64,000 nt of DNA from an uncultured Gemmatimonadales bacterium (GCA_963823035.1 CAWGKG010000012.1:64001-128000); one strand, 5' to 3'. Shown: positions 22,079-34,569, counted from the stretch's first letter. The notes: generated by a model not told the origin, from the sequence alone. Numbers and translations are program-made.

Positions 22079-22745
22079 GAGAACCGGAGCGGGCTCGCCG
22101 TCGCGCTAGGGCACGCGTCAGTAATCCTTCTGGATCCGGTAGATAGCGCCCGAAGCGGCCACGCAGCTTCTGGATCTGCATGACGTCGCCGATGCGCCGG
22201 TCGAGGAAGGCCCAGGTGGCCTCCAGATCGTCCGATTTGTCATTCAACCAAAACATCAGAGTTGATACGTAAACTCCTGATAGTAATAATCTCTTGGTGT
22301 AGAAATTGAAGTCCGTTGCGGTGTCGCCGGCGGCACGCCACATGGCGTCGACCGTGCGGTACAAACTCTTCAGTCCGCCCGGCCCGTTCTGCGGCAGGGC
22401 CTGCACGGCAAGCGCGCGCCGGATCGCCTCGCGATGGGGCGCCTGCTGCTCCAGCCGAACCCTGACCGCGGTCGCGATGCGGTCGCGGATCTTCATGTTG
22501 CCGAGGTCGCGGCGGGCGAGTTCCGCCTCCATCGCCCGGTCGGCTTCGGCAACGAACAGGGCAACCGCCTCGTCGGCCCCGCCGGGGAACAGGCGCTGGA
22601 CATCGGCGAGGTCCATGTCAAGGTCGGCCGCACCGGCGCGTAGCGCGGCGACCGTCCAGCCGTCGAAGGGGACATGGGCCAGGGTCGCATCGAGCAGGCG
22701 CCGGCGTGCCGCATCGCGACGCACTGTGGGATTTTTCCCCGTCAT
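22053..22745 (-). CDS. COQ9 family protein
   Basis: [56 protein letters not shown]. Confidence 0.9.
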   Translation of the reverse strand: MTGKNPTVRRDAARRRLLDATLAHVPFDGWTVAALRAGAADLDMDLADVQRLFPGGADEAVALFVAEADRAMEAELARRDLGNMKIRDRIATAVRVRLEQQAPHREAIRRALAVQALPQNGPGGLKSLYRTVDAMWRAAGDTATDFNFYTKRLLLSGVYVSTLMFWLNDKSDDLEATWAFLDRRIGDVMQIQKLRGRFGRYLPDPEGLLTRALARRRARSGSLSSSGTAA

Positions 22746-23281
22746 TCCAAAGCCTCCTCGGCGTCCTCGTTGCCGGCGCGGTGATGCCAGCGCATCTCCG
22801 TATCGAAGATCAGCTGGCCAAGGTCGTTCATCCGCTGCGGGTAGAGGATTCCGTCGAGATGGTCGAACTCGTGCTGGACGACCACGGCGTGGAACCCCTC
22901 GACCGTGCGGTCGACCGGATCGCCCGCGGGCGTCGTCCCGGTATAGCGCAGGCGCGGCGCGCGCGGCACCATGCCGCGCAGGCCGGGCACCGAGAGGCAG
23001 CCCTCCCAGCCCTCGACCCGCTCGTCGGTCAGCAGCTCGACCACGGGATTGACGATGGCGGTGATGCCCGTGTGGTCCGGGTCGTCCGGCGTGATGAAGA
23101 CGACGACGCGCAGCGGCACATGAACCTGCGGCGCGGCGAGACCCCGGCCGTTGGCGTCGTACATGGTCTCGACCATGTCGATGACCAGGTCGCGGATCTC
23201 CGGCGCGGTCGGGTCCTCGACCTCATGCGCCCGCTGCGCCAGCACCGGGTGGCCCATCCTGGCGATCTTGAGAATGGCCAT
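22742..23281 (-). CDS. def: Peptide deformylase
   Basis: GLAAPQV, EGCLSVP, QHEFDHLDG. Confidence 0.96.
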   Translation of the reverse strand: MAILKIARMGHPVLAQRAHEVEDPTAPEIRDLVIDMVETMYDANGRGLAAPQVHVPLRVVVFITPDDPDHTGITAIVNPVVELLTDERVEGWEGCLSVPGLRGMVPRAPRLRYTGTTPAGDPVDRTVEGFHAVVVQHEFDHLDGILYPQRMNDLGQLIFDTEMRWHHRAGNEDAEEALE

Positions 23282-23290
23282 CGCGCGGTC

Positions 23291-24173
23291 CTAGCCGTGC
23301 ACCATGTCGCAGCCGTGGTAGCGCATGCCGAAGCCGTCGCCGCGGCCGAAGATGTGCCCGAACGAGGGGGCGGGAAAGTGCTGGGTCATCATCAGAATGT
23401 CGGTTTCCGCCACCGATTCGAGGAAGCGACGCCTGCGTGCGCGCGCCCTCGGCCGGGTCGGCGTCGTAGATGGGGCTCCATTCCGGATGGGGCAATTGCA
23501 CGGGCGAATGGATGAGGTCGCCCGACATCACGGCGCGCTGCCCGTTCGACGCGAGGTGGATGGCGACATGGCCGGGCGTGTGACCATGGGTCGGCTCCAG
23601 CCAGAGCTGGTCGTTGACGGCATGATCGGCCTCGACGATCTCGGCCAGGCCCGCCTCCAGCACCGGCAGCACGCTTTCCTCGTAGATCGATTCGCCCTCG
23701 CGGCCGAGCGCCTCGCAGGCGGCGACCTCCTTCCTGGCGAAGATGTAGCGCGCGTTGGGGAAGCTCGGGACCCAGCGACCGTCGAGCAGGCGCGTGTTCC
23801 AGCCGGCATGGTCGACGTGCAGGTGACTGCACATGACGATGTCGATCTCCTCGGGCGCGACCCCGGCCGCGGCGATGTCCTCCAGCAGGGTGTATTCGGT
23901 GTGCTGGTGATACTCCGGCATGTTCGGGTGGTTCTTGTGGTTGCCCACACAGGTGTCGAGCAGGATGTTGTGGTGCCTGGTCCTCACCAGATAGGTCTGG
24001 ACCGGCATCAGGAGCTGGCCGGTTGCGGGGTCGAGCGCGGCGGGCTCCAGCCAGTGGCGATAGGGCGCGATCGCCTCCGGCGTCGCGTCCGGGAAGACCT
24101 CGTGGGGCATCCCCGAAAGGCCGAACGATTCGACCACGGTCTGGATTTCGATCTCGCCCACCGCCAGCGCCAT
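23291..24173 (-). CDS. MBL-fold metallo-hydrolase (one frameshift near 23430)
   Basis: [36 protein letters not shown]. Confidence 0.88.
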
Positions 24174-24497
24174 GTCCAGTCTCCTTCTCATTCGGTTCGC
24201 CCCGACAGATTGGTCGAGCCGACGGGCGATGTCACGCGCCGGCCCCCCGAAGCGGCCGACGGGGTGCGGGTCGAACGGGGAAGCGACTCCGGGCACCCGG
24301 CCTCGTCGACCCGCGGCGCCCGGCGCCCCGTCCGGCGCGTCGTGCCGCCCTCGCCCGCGGAGTCGCACAACATGTGCCCCGGGACCTCGATCCGCTTCAC
24401 ACGGCCGGGGCGACGTGCTAAGAGCCGCGTCCCCGGGCGGAGATCGCCTGAAGCAATTCGGCCAAAGAATGGCCATCGAGATCACGGGAGAAGTACC

Positions 24498-24710
24498 ATC
24501 GTCCAGGTCACCGTACGCGACAACAATGTCGATCAGGCCCTGCGCGCGCTGAAGAAGAAGCTGCAGCGCGAGGGCGTCTATCGTGAAATGAAGCTGCGCC
24601 GGCACTTCGAGAAACCGTCGGAGAAGAAAAAGCGGGAGCGGGCCGAAGCCGTGCGCCGCGCGCGCAAGCTCGCCCGCAAGCGGGCGATCCGCGAAGGCAG
24701 CAACGACTAG
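24498..24710 (+). CDS. rpsU: 30S ribosomal protein bS21 (start codon not canonical as sequenced)
   Basis: [43 protein letters not shown]. Confidence 0.96.
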   Translation: MVQVTVRDNNVDQALRALKKKLQREGVYREMKLRRHFEKPSEKKKRERAEAVRRARKLARKRAIREGSND

Positions 24711-24786
24711 CTTCGCCTGACCGTTATCCCGACCTGGCCGGCGGATGCGCGAACGTGCATCCGCCGCTTGGCGTTGGGGCTCGTCC

Positions 24787-26191
<1,405 letters not shown>

Positions 26192-26195
<4 letters not shown>

Positions 26196-26507
26196 GCACT
26201 GGCCTGCCCCTGGCGCTCCTTCTTCCTGAACATCTGCAGCATGCGCTGGGTCACCGTGAAGCCGCCGAAGATGTTGACCGCGGCGAGCGTCACCGCGATG
26301 AAGCCCAGGATCTTCGAGATGCTGCACGTCGGCCGGGCCGGCGGCGATCAGCGCGCCGACGATGATGACGCTGGAGATCGCGTTGGTGACCGCCATCAGC
26401 GGCGTATGCAGCGCCGGCGTGACGCTCCACACCACGTAATAGCCGACGAAGACGGCCAGCACGAAGATGGTGAGCCGGAAGACGAAGGGATCGACCGCAA
26501 CTTCCAT
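26192..26507 (-). CDS. pntAB: NAD(P) transhydrogenase alpha subunit part 2
   Basis: [46 protein letters not shown]; 3' end approximate. Confidence 0.93.
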
Positions 26508-26529
26508 CGATAGCGCCTCCCTTGGCCGG

Positions 26530-27678
26530 TCAGCATGCCGGGTGGACGAGCGTCGCCGTCGCGCATGGCGCAGGCGCCCGGCGACGATCTCGTCCTCCCA
26601 GTCGATGGCGAGCGTCGCCGCTCTCCTTGTCGATCAAGGGCTCGAGGAAGTTGAGCAGGTTGCGGGCGTAGAGCTGGCGACGCATCCGTCGGCGAGCCGG
26701 CGCGGCACGTTGGCGAAGCCGACGATGGTGACGCCGTCGCTCTGGACCACCTTGTCCGGCTCGGTCAGCTCGCAGTTGCCGCCGCCCTCGGCCGCGAGGT
26801 CGACGATGACCGAGCCCGGCTTCATGTCGGCGACCATCTGCGCGGTGATCAGCTTGGGCGACGGCCGGCCGGGGATCTGCGCGGTGGTGATGCAGATGTC
26901 GCTGCTTCTTCAGCGCCTCGTGGATCAGCCTCGGCCTGGCGTCGCTTGTAGTCCTCGTCCATCTCCTTGGCGTAGCCGCCCGCGGTCTCGGCGTCGGCCG
27001 CGCCCTCGACCTCGACGAAGCTGGCGCCCAGGCTCTCGACCTGCTCCTTGACCGCCGGGCGCACGTCGAAGGCGGCGACCACGCGCGCCCAGGCGGCGCG
27101 CCGTGGCGATCGCCTGCAGCCCGGCGACGCCGGCGCCCAGGATCAGCACCTTGGCGGGCGCCAGGGTGCCGGCCGCCGTCATCATCATCGGCATGGCGCG
27201 CTTGTAGTAGATGCCGGCGTCCAGCACCGCCTTGTAGCCGGCCAGGTTCGCCTGGGACGACAGCGCGTCCATCGACTGGGCCCGGCTGATGCGCGGCACC
27301 AGCTCCATGGCGAAGCACCGTCAGGCGCCTGGTCGCGTAGGCCTCGAACTGCTGGGGCTGGCCGAACGGGTTGATCAGGCCGACCAGGGCGGCCCCCTCG
27401 GGAATCAGCGCCAACTCGTCGATCCGCCTTCGCCGGGCGAGCAGCGGCCGCCGCACCTTCAGCACCAAGTCGGCACCGGCGAGCACCGCCGCCGCGATCG
27501 GCGGCGATCGTCGCGCCGGCCGCGGCCAAAGGCCTCGTCGGACACCCCGGAGGCGACGCCCGCGTCCGCCTCGACGGCGATCTCCACGCCGGACGCGACG
27601 AGCTTCTTCACCATGTCGGGAGAAGCGGCGACCCGTGCCTCGCCGGGCCGCCGCTCCTTCGGACATCGCAATTCGCAT
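26530..27678 (-). CDS. pntAA: NAD(P) transhydrogenase alpha subunit part 1 (frameshifted)
   Basis: [61 protein letters not shown]. Confidence 0.95.
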   Translation of the reverse strand: MRIAMSEGAAARRGTGRRFSRHGEEARRVRRGDRRRGGRGRRLRGVRRGLWPRPARRSPPIAAAVLAGADLVLKVRRPLLARRRRIDELALIPEGAALVGLINPFGQPQQFEAYATRRLTVLRHGAGAAHQPGPVDGRAVVPGEPGRLQGGAGRRHLLQARHADDDDGGRHPGARQGADPGRRRRRAAGDRHGAPPGRAWSPPSTCARRSRSRSRAWAPASSRSRARPTPRPRAATPRRWTRTTSDARPRLIHEALKKQRHLHHHRADPRPAVAQADHRADGRRHEAGLGHRRPRGRGRRQLRADRAGQGGPERRRHHRRLRQRAAPARRRMRRQLYARNLLNFLEPLIDKESGDARHRLGGRDRRRAPAPCATATLVHPAC

Positions 27679-27827
27679 GATCGTATCCCGATTGGTCGCG
27701 CCGATTGTCGCGCCGCAACATGGCGGAATAAGGCCGAATTGTGAAGGGCGTCCGCACGCCGCGGCCCGGCCGGCGCAACAGAATTGCGCTTGCGGACTGC
27801 ACTGTTGGCGGGATCGACTCCAGATAT

Positions 27828-27843
27828 TTAACCATATGGTTAA
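27828..27843. promoter_or_regulatory. ArsR autoregulatory operator overlapping the start codon
   Basis: Perfect palindrome TTAACCATATGGTTAA containing the ATG at 27836. Confidence 0.75.
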
Positions 27844-28213
27844 TATTCAGATCGACGGCCTCGATGCCGCCTTCCACGCGCTCGCCGACCCGACCCGGCG
27901 CGCCATCCTGGCGCGGCTCGCCCTGGGCGAGGCGCAGGTCGGCGAGCTCGCCGAACCGTTCGCGATCTCGCTGCCAGCGATCTCACGCCACCTCAAGGTG
28001 CTGGAGGGTGCCGGACTGATCCGTCGCACTGTCGAGGGCCGCGTCCACCGCCTCCAGCTTGCGCCCGAGCGACTCGCCTCGGCGCGTGACTGGATCGAGA
28101 CCTACCGCCGGCTCTGGCAGGAGCAGTTCGACCGCCTGGCCAACTATCTCGACGGCCTGCCCGAACCCCACCCCACCGACACAACAGAACCCGACGAGGA
28201 CCCCCAGCCATGA
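27836..28213 (+). CDS. ArsR/SmtB family regulator
   Basis: LDAAFHALADPTRRAILARL..ELAEPFAISLPAISRHLKVLEGAGLI. Confidence 0.92.
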   Translation: MVNIQIDGLDAAFHALADPTRRAILARLALGEAQVGELAEPFAISLPAISRHLKVLEGAGLIRRTVEGRVHRLQLAPERLASARDWIETYRRLWQEQFDRLANYLDGLPEPHPTDTTEPDEDPQP

Positions 28214-28669
28214 ACGATCTCTCTCCCGGCAGCCAGGAGCTGACGCTGACCCGTCGCTTCGCCCACCCACGGGCCAAGGTCTTCGAAGCCTTCATCCAGC
28301 GCGACGCCTTCGCCGCCTGGATCGGTCCCATGGGCATGCACGCCGCCAGTGCCGAGGTCGATGCCCGGCCCGGCGGCAGCTACGACATGATGCTGGTCCG
28401 CGACGACGGCCGCGAGGGCCGCCACCACGTGCGCGGCACCTATCGCGAGGTCGCTGCACCGGAGCGACTCGTCTTCACCTGGCAGTGGGTGAACGAAGAC
28501 GGACCTGGTCCGGAGACACTGGTGACGCTGACCTTCGCTGAGGCGAGCGGCGGCACCGAGCTCCGCCTCCACCACACCCTGCTGCCCAGTGTCGAGTTCG
28601 ATGGAGCGGCATCGCGGCGGCTGGGCCAGCACGCTCGACAGCCTCGAGGCCTACCTCGCAACCGCCTGA
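28210..28669 (+). CDS. SRPBCC/AHSA1 domain protein (indel near the 3' end merges it with GST in the ORF track)
   Basis: LTLTRRF..VFEAF..DARPGGSY..GTYREVAAPERLVFTWQW; GWASTLDSL in the shifted frame. Confidence 0.88.
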
Positions 28670-28692
28670 CCCCACAGTCCGGAGCCACGACC

Positions 28693-29322
28693 ATGAGCAA
28701 GCCCATCCTCTACGGCAGTCCCCTCAGTCCCTTCGTGCGGACCGTCCGCATCGCCTGCGCCGAGAAGGGCGTCGACATCGACCTGCAGGAGGCCGACCTG
28801 AAGGCGCCCGACTACGAAGCGATCCATCCGTTCCGCCGTATGCCGGCGTGGCGTCACGGCGACGTCCACCTGTTCGAGATGCTGGGGATCGTCACCTACG
28901 TCAGCCGCGCCTTCGACGGCCCGGCCCTGATCCCGGCCGACGCCGCAGGGCTGGCGCGCTGCCTGCAATGGGTCAGCGTCCACAACGACTATATCGCCAG
29001 TGACCTCATCCGCTCGATCATCGTCGAGCGCCTGGTCATGCCGCGCTTCTTCGGCATTGCCTCCGACGAGGCGAGGATCGCCGAGGCCCTGCCCCGCGCC
29101 GAGCACGCCTTCGACGTCCTCGACCGGGCGCTGGCCGCCTCGCCCTACCTCGCCGGCGACCAGGCGACGCTCGCCGACTTCGCCATGCTGCCCGCGATCT
29201 TCTATGCCGGCCTCACCCCGGACACGAAGGAGGGCGTCGCGGGCCGCCGTCACCTGATGGCCTGGCAGGAGCGCATGAGCGCGCGTCCGTCTGTCCAGGC
29301 GACGGTGCCGCAGTTCGACTGA
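28693..29322 (+). CDS. Glutathione S-transferase
   Basis: LYGSPLSPFVRTVRIACAEKG, HPFRRMP, YLAGDQATLAD; own GGAG RBS. Confidence 0.9.
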   Translation: MSKPILYGSPLSPFVRTVRIACAEKGVDIDLQEADLKAPDYEAIHPFRRMPAWRHGDVHLFEMLGIVTYVSRAFDGPALIPADAAGLARCLQWVSVHNDYIASDLIRSIIVERLVMPRFFGIASDEARIAEALPRAEHAFDVLDRALAASPYLAGDQATLADFAMLPAIFYAGLTPDTKEGVAGRRHLMAWQERMSARPSVQATVPQFD

Positions 29323-29366
29323 CGCTCGGCGTTGCCGGGGCGCCAGCGCAGCGCTAGCGTCCCGGC

Positions 29367-30477
29367 ATGGCATCCTTACCCACTCGGCCCCGCGCCCGCG
29401 ACCTCGGCTTCCCGTTCACGGGTACGCCCGGTCCCCTCAACGCCGTCACCGACATCGCCGGCGTCGAGGTCGGCCACACCACCCTGATCGAGGGCGACGG
29501 CCCGCTGGACGGTCGGCAAGGGTCCGGTCCGCACCGGCGTCACGGTGGTCTTTCCGAGGGGCCGGGCCGGTGCGCTGAAGCCCTGTTTCGCCGGCTTCCA
29601 CGGCCTCAACCCCTGGGGCGAGATCACCGGCACCCTGCGCCTGGAGGCCCAGGGCCTGATGGGCGGACCTCTGGCCACGACCAACTCGATGTCGGTCGGC
29701 CTCGTGCGCGACGCTGTCGCGCGCTGGCTCACCGAAGGCTACGACAACGAACTCATGATGACCCTGATGGGCCAGTCGATCCGCGTCGTCGGCGAGACCC
29801 ACGATGGCTGGCTCAACGACATCGTCGGCCAGCACGTCCGGCCCGAGCACGTCGTCGCCGCACTCGCCGGCGCCCGCGGCGGCCCGGTCGCGGAAGGCAG
29901 CGTCGGCGGTGGCACCGGCATGACCGCCTACGAGTTCAAGGCAGGCATCGGCACCGCCAGCCGCGTGGTCGAGACCGGGCCGGGGACCTGGACCATGGGC
30001 GTCATCCTGCAGGCCAATCACGGCCTGCGCCGCGACCTGCTGATCGGCGGTGCGCCGGTCGGACGCACCCTGGCGGGTGGCTGGAAGGAGAAGGAGTCGG
30101 GCTCGATCATCGCGACGGCAATCACCGACGCCCCCCTGCTCTCGCCACAATTGAAGCGCATCGCCCAGCGCGTCGGGCTGGGCATCGCGCGCACGGGTGC
30201 GATCGGGCGCAACAACTCCGGCGACATGTTCGTGGCGCTTTCGACCGCCAACGAGGACACCTGGGCCGCCACCGACGGCCTGCGCCGGGCGGAGTTCCTG
30301 CACGACGCCCATATCGACCCGTTGTTCGAGGCCGCCGTGGAGGCGGCCGAGGAAGCGGTGATCAACGCCATCGTGGCGTCCGACACCATGGTCGGGATCG
30401 ACGGGAACACGTCGCCCGGCCTGCCCGTTGACGAGGTGCGCGACATCCTGCGCACGTTCAACCGGCTCGAGGACTGA
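29367..30477 (+). CDS. P1/S58 family peptidase, DmpA-like (one frameshift)
   Basis: PGPLNAVTDIAGVEVGHTTL, EGSVGGGTGM..KAGIGTASR, GSIIATAITDAPL autoproteolysis site. Confidence 0.9.
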
Positions 30478-30520
30478 CGATCGCCGCGCGATCGCCCTGT
30501 TCGTCACCATATGGAAGGCC

Positions 30521-31240
30521 ATGGCCGCCACAGTCCACGACCGTCTCCCGCCGCCCCGCTACGGCCTCAGCCGCCGCGGGCTGCTGGCTGGCGGCCTGGC
30601 GCTGGCCTGCCTGCCGCGCAACGCCCGCGCCGAGGCCAACCTGCCGCCGCTGGCGACGCCCGCCAGCGGCCGCCTGCATTACGCCCTGTCGTGGGTCGGG
30701 CTGCCGGTCGGCAGCCACGACATCGCCGTGACCGACGACGGCGGCAGCGGCAGCGGCAACTTCACCGTGACCAACAAGGTCGAGATCACCATCAGCCTGC
30801 TGTTCTTCGATGCCATCCGCTTCATCCACACCAGCACGGAGACATGGCGCGGCGGCCTGCTGACCGGGTTTGCCAGCGCCACCGAGGACGACGGCAAGTT
30901 CTACAAGGTGACGGGCCAGCCGAGCGACGCGGGCTTCACGCTGACCGGGACCAAGGGCAGCTTCACGGCGCCGGCCGACGTCATGACCAACAACGACGTC
31001 TTCGTCCCGCCGGTGCCTGGGCACCGTCCGATCGTCAACGCCAAGACCGGCGAGGTCGTCGACCTCACCGTCACCGCCGCCGGCACCGAGCAGGTCCGGC
31101 GCCAGACCGGCACGGTCAGGGCCGACCGGTTCGATATCGACAGCGACGTGGCGAAGGGCAGCCTGTTCTATGACGGCGATCTCTTCGTGAAGGGCTGGTT
31201 CACCCGCCGTGGCCGGACGGTGGACTACAAGTTGGCCTAG
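30521..31240 (+). CDS. Tat-exported DUF6134-like protein
   Basis: SRRGLL twin-arginine motif with ARA cleavage site; VGSH..FIHTSTETWRGGLL. Confidence 0.7.
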   Translation: MAATVHDRLPPPRYGLSRRGLLAGGLALACLPRNARAEANLPPLATPASGRLHYALSWVGLPVGSHDIAVTDDGGSGSGNFTVTNKVEITISLLFFDAIRFIHTSTETWRGGLLTGFASATEDDGKFYKVTGQPSDAGFTLTGTKGSFTAPADVMTNNDVFVPPVPGHRPIVNAKTGEVVDLTVTAAGTEQVRRQTGTVRADRFDIDSDVAKGSLFYDGDLFVKGWFTRRGRTVDYKLA

Positions 31241-32430
31241 GCGATGCCCCGGCGCCGGCGGACCCAGGCGATGACCGGCATGGGCAGGAACAGCAGGAAA
31301 TAGAGCGTGACCGCTGCCGGCAGGCCGTGGGGATCCCACCAGTCCATCGCGAAGCCGGAAATCGACGGTCCGGCGATCGAGCCGCAGCCGTACATGAAGC
31401 CGAAGACGGCGGTCGCCGACGGCAGGTCGGCGCCGCGGAAGCGCTCGCCCAGCAGCATCACGGTCAGGCTGTACTGCGACGAGCGGATGCCGCCGAACAG
31501 CATGAGGCAGAGCACGCCGGCGCCGCCCAGGGGCAGGATCCACGGCAGGGCGACACAGCCCAGGGCGCCCAGCACGACGACGCAGGACAGCAGGGCGCGA
31601 CGGTCGATGCGGTCGGCGAGGTAACCGATCAGCAGCGGCATCGCGACGCCGCCCCAGCCCATCCAGCCGATCGCCTCCACGGCCGAGCTCCGGTCCATGC
31701 CCAGGCGCAGGCCGTAGACCGAGACCAGCGACATGATGGAGGTCGCGATCGCCGAGAAGACGAAGTTGGAGACCATCGGCAGCGGCGCCAGCCGCAGATA
31801 CTGGTGGAGCCGTACGGTGCTGCGCCCTTCGGCCTCGATCCGGCTGCCGTAGGAGACCACGAGCGGAAGCAGGCAGCCCGCCACCAGCAGGCCGCCGACG
31901 ATGAAGGGCAGATGGCCCTCCATCCCGGTCCAGGCCTGCAGGAAGGGGCCCATCGAGAAGCCGGTGGCGATCGCCGAGGAGAACACGGCGATGGTGCGGC
32001 CCCTCACCCGGTCGTCGCTGACGTGGTTGATCCAGGTCTCGCCCGTGGTCCACATCATCGACTGCGCGCCACCGAGCAGGAAGCGCAGCGGGAACCAGAG
32101 CCAGACGTCAACGTAGAGGCCCATCAGGGTCAGCGCCACGAGTGCCACCACGACACCAGTGGTGATCACCCGGGCCGGGCCGAAGTGGCGGATCAGGCGC
32201 GGCACGAAGGGCAGCAGGATGAAGACCGCCGTCATCTGCACGGCGGCGCTGATGCCGATCAGGCTGCCCGGGACGCCGTGGGCCTCCAGCACGATGGAAA
32301 AGAGCGGGCCGGTGTAGCCGTAGAACATGGCCATCATGGCCATGGTGCCGATCACCGCGACCAGCCCGCGCCAGTCGATTTTCGGCCGCAGGGACGAAGG
32401 CAGCGTCGCAGCGTGGGGATCGGGGCTCAT
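31237..32430 (-). CDS. MFS transporter
   Basis: Multiple hydrophobic helices; ETWIN..RGR, GYLADRIDRR. Confidence 0.9.
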   Translation of the reverse strand: MSPDPHAATLPSSLRPKIDWRGLVAVIGTMAMMAMFYGYTGPLFSIVLEAHGVPGSLIGISAAVQMTAVFILLPFVPRLIRHFGPARVITTGVVVALVALTLMGLYVDVWLWFPLRFLLGGAQSMMWTTGETWINHVSDDRVRGRTIAVFSSAIATGFSMGPFLQAWTGMEGHLPFIVGGLLVAGCLLPLVVSYGSRIEAEGRSTVRLHQYLRLAPLPMVSNFVFSAIATSIMSLVSVYGLRLGMDRSSAVEAIGWMGWGGVAMPLLIGYLADRIDRRALLSCVVVLGALGCVALPWILPLGGAGVLCLMLFGGIRSSQYSLTVMLLGERFRGADLPSATAVFGFMYGCGSIAGPSISGFAMDWWDPHGLPAAVTLYFLLFLPMPVIAWVRRRRGIA

Positions 32431-32638
32431 GGCGCGGTGCGTGTCCTCGACGGCGAAGGGCGGCCGCGCGGAGCCGCACGCCAAGGCTTTCGCACCTTGT
32501 CAGGACAGACGTCAAGTGGGCGTCGCCGCCCAAATCCTCGCCCGCCCTGATCGCCTGACTTCCGGCCATGCCGTCCGCGCACTGCTCATTGGGTGCAGGC
32601 GCGGGTCGGTCTAGGATCGGCGATCGGAGGTGCGCGAC

Positions 32639-33322
32639 ATGGCACGTGCCCTGAGACAGGCCATCGCGCCCGGAACGCTGAGAAGCGTCTACGAGCGTCT
32701 CGCCCGGCGCTACGACCGGGAGCACGGGCTGCTCACGCTCCACGCCGACGAGCGCGGCCGGCGCCTGATCGTCGAGCAGGCGGTCCGGCCCGGCGACCGC
32801 GTGCTCGACGCCGGCGCGGGCACCGGCAGCACGGCCCTGCTTGCCGCGCGCGCCGCGGGGCCTGGCGGCCACGTCACGCTCTGCGATTTCAGCCCGGCCA
32901 TGCTGCGCGAGGCTCGGCACAAGGCCCGCGAAGCCGGGCTCGACGACGCCGTGCGCTGCGTCGTCGGCGACATGCTGGCCCTGCCCTTTCCCGACGGATC
33001 GTTCGACGCGGTCGTGTCGAGCTACAGCGTCTGTCCGCTGATCGACCCGGTCGCCGGCGCACTCGAGCTTTACCGCGTCTTGCGGCCGGGCGGCCGTCTC
33101 GGCATCGCCCATTCGGCCTCGCCGCGCTCCCCTGTCATGCACTGGCTCGCCGAGCGCCTGGAGGACGTGGTCTGGCGCTCCCCCGGCATCTCGATGGGCT
33201 GCCGCGCCGTCGAGGTCCTGCCGGCGCTGCTGGCGGCGGGTGCCGTGCCGCGTTTCGAGCGCCGCATCGGCATGCCGCTCTATCCCTTCGAGGTGGTCGC
33301 GCTGGAAAAGCCCGCAGGCTAG
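32639..33322 (+). CDS. Class I SAM-dependent methyltransferase (UbiE-like)
   Basis: VLDAGAGTG, DFSPAML, GDMLALPFPDGSFD, LYRVLRPGG. Confidence 0.88.
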   Translation: MARALRQAIAPGTLRSVYERLARRYDREHGLLTLHADERGRRLIVEQAVRPGDRVLDAGAGTGSTALLAARAAGPGGHVTLCDFSPAMLREARHKAREAGLDDAVRCVVGDMLALPFPDGSFDAVVSSYSVCPLIDPVAGALELYRVLRPGGRLGIAHSASPRSPVMHWLAERLEDVVWRSPGISMGCRAVEVLPALLAAGAVPRFERRIGMPLYPFEVVALEKPAG

Positions 33323-34569
33323 ACGGCGCAGACCTCGAGCGGGACCGTGGAGAGCCGGCGCGTGCCGTCCTTGCCGTAGGCCATCATGTCAATCAGGGCG
33401 GTGTTGAAGATGCTCTCGAAGTTCGTGACCATGCCCTCCTCGAACACCCGGTCGAGGTACCTGGTGTCCATGACGTGGAAGTAGAAGTCGCCGACCCAGT
33501 CCGGCGGCAGCGAGAGACCGAGCTCGTAGCCCAGCGCCCAGCCCGGCGTACCCCACAGGCCGACGTCCTCGTAGTAGCGCTTCAGCACGGCATTGACCTC
33601 GGCGACCGTCATGCCGGCCTTCACCTCGCTCTCGATGACCTTGAAGACGCCCGATGCCCGTGCGGTGTGGTCGAGCATGTCGCGCGGTGGATCGCCCAGG
33701 AAATAGCCGCGGCAGACATTGCCGTGGTAGCGGTTGAAGACGCCGCACAGGTCGGCCCCCAGGTACTCGCCGGCGGAGATCTTGCGCCGGGTCGCCATGC
33801 TGTGGCCGCCGGAGGCGCGCTTGCCCGCCACCACGGGGAAGCTGTTGAAGATCGGGATCAGCGCGGGGAACTCGCCGCCCGCGGCCATCATCGCCGCTGT
33901 GACCTGGCCGAACAGGTCGAGCTCGGTGATGCCCGGCCGCAGGTTCTCGCGGATCGTCCGGTGGCCGATCTCGCAGATCCGCACCGCCTCCTCGATCGCG
34001 GCGATCTCGGCCGGCGACTTGACCCGCCGGGCGCGCCGCGTGATCGCGCTCGCATCCATGACGTTGCAGCCGCGGGCGCGGAAGGCACCCTCGAACATCG
34101 TGCTGATCGCGCGGTTGGGCAGGTAGCTCCAGAACTCCATGCCGACGTTGCCCTTGAGCCAGCCCTCCGCCTCCAGCTCGTTCATGATGAAATCGAGATT
34201 GGGTGCCGCTTCGCGCGAGGGCAGCCAGCGATTGTCCTTCGAGATCGAATACTGCGCGGTGATGCCGAGCTCGGTCGGGTTGTCGAAGAAGATGAAGTTG
34301 TCGTGGTCGACGTGGATCGCCGTGCCGTAGCACTGGGGGTAGCGCATGGGCGACTGCGCCTTGTACCAGCTCGCGTAGTAGCCGTGCAGCCAGCACACTG
34401 CGTCCGGCGCCGTGACCCACAGCAGGTCGATGCGGGCCTCGGCCATCAACTCCCTCACCCGGCGGATGCGGTCGCGGTATTCGGCCTCCGGGAAGGCGAG
34501 CATCGGTTCACCCATCGCGTCCAGCTCGACGCTGCCGGGGGTCAACCCCAGACCGATGTCGTTCCTCAT
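33319..34569 (-). CDS. M24-fold hydrolase (creatinase/DoeA-like)
   Basis: FPEAEYRDRIRRVRELM, RRVKSPAEIAAI, GYELGLSLPPDW. Confidence 0.82.
   Translation of the reverse strand: MRNDIGLGLTPGSVELDAMGEPMLAFPEAEYRDRIRRVRELMAEARIDLLWVTAPDAVCWLHGYYASWYKAQSPMRYPQCYGTAIHVDHDNFIFFDNPTELGITAQYSISKDNRWLPSREAAPNLDFIMNELEAEGWLKGNVGMEFWSYLPNRAISTMFEGAFRARGCNVMDASAITRRARRVKSPAEIAAIEEAVRICEIGHRTIRENLRPGITELDLFGQVTAAMMAAGGEFPALIPIFNSFPVVAGKRASGGHSMATRRKISAGEYLGADLCGVFNRYHGNVCRGYFLGDPPRDMLDHTARASGVFKVIESEVKAGMTVAEVNAVLKRYYEDVGLWGTPGWALGYELGLSLPPDWVGDFYFHVMDTRYLDRVFEEGMVTNFESIFNTALIDMMAYGKDGTRRLSTVPLEVCAV

Noticed and set aside
23223..24710. 460-aa ORFs on both strands, suggesting N-terminally extended rpsU or MBL hydrolase
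   Set aside because: High-GC open frames; recognisable sequence is limited to 24498-24710 and 23291-24173.
27828..27843. CtrA box
   Set aside because: Spacing is TTAA-N8-TTAA rather than N7, and the position fits an ArsR operator.
28210..29322. Novel SRPBCC-GST fusion (370-aa ORF)
   Set aside because: The SRPBCC C-terminal helix and stop lie in another frame (TGA 28667-28669) and the GST has its own RBS and ATG; this is an indel artefact.
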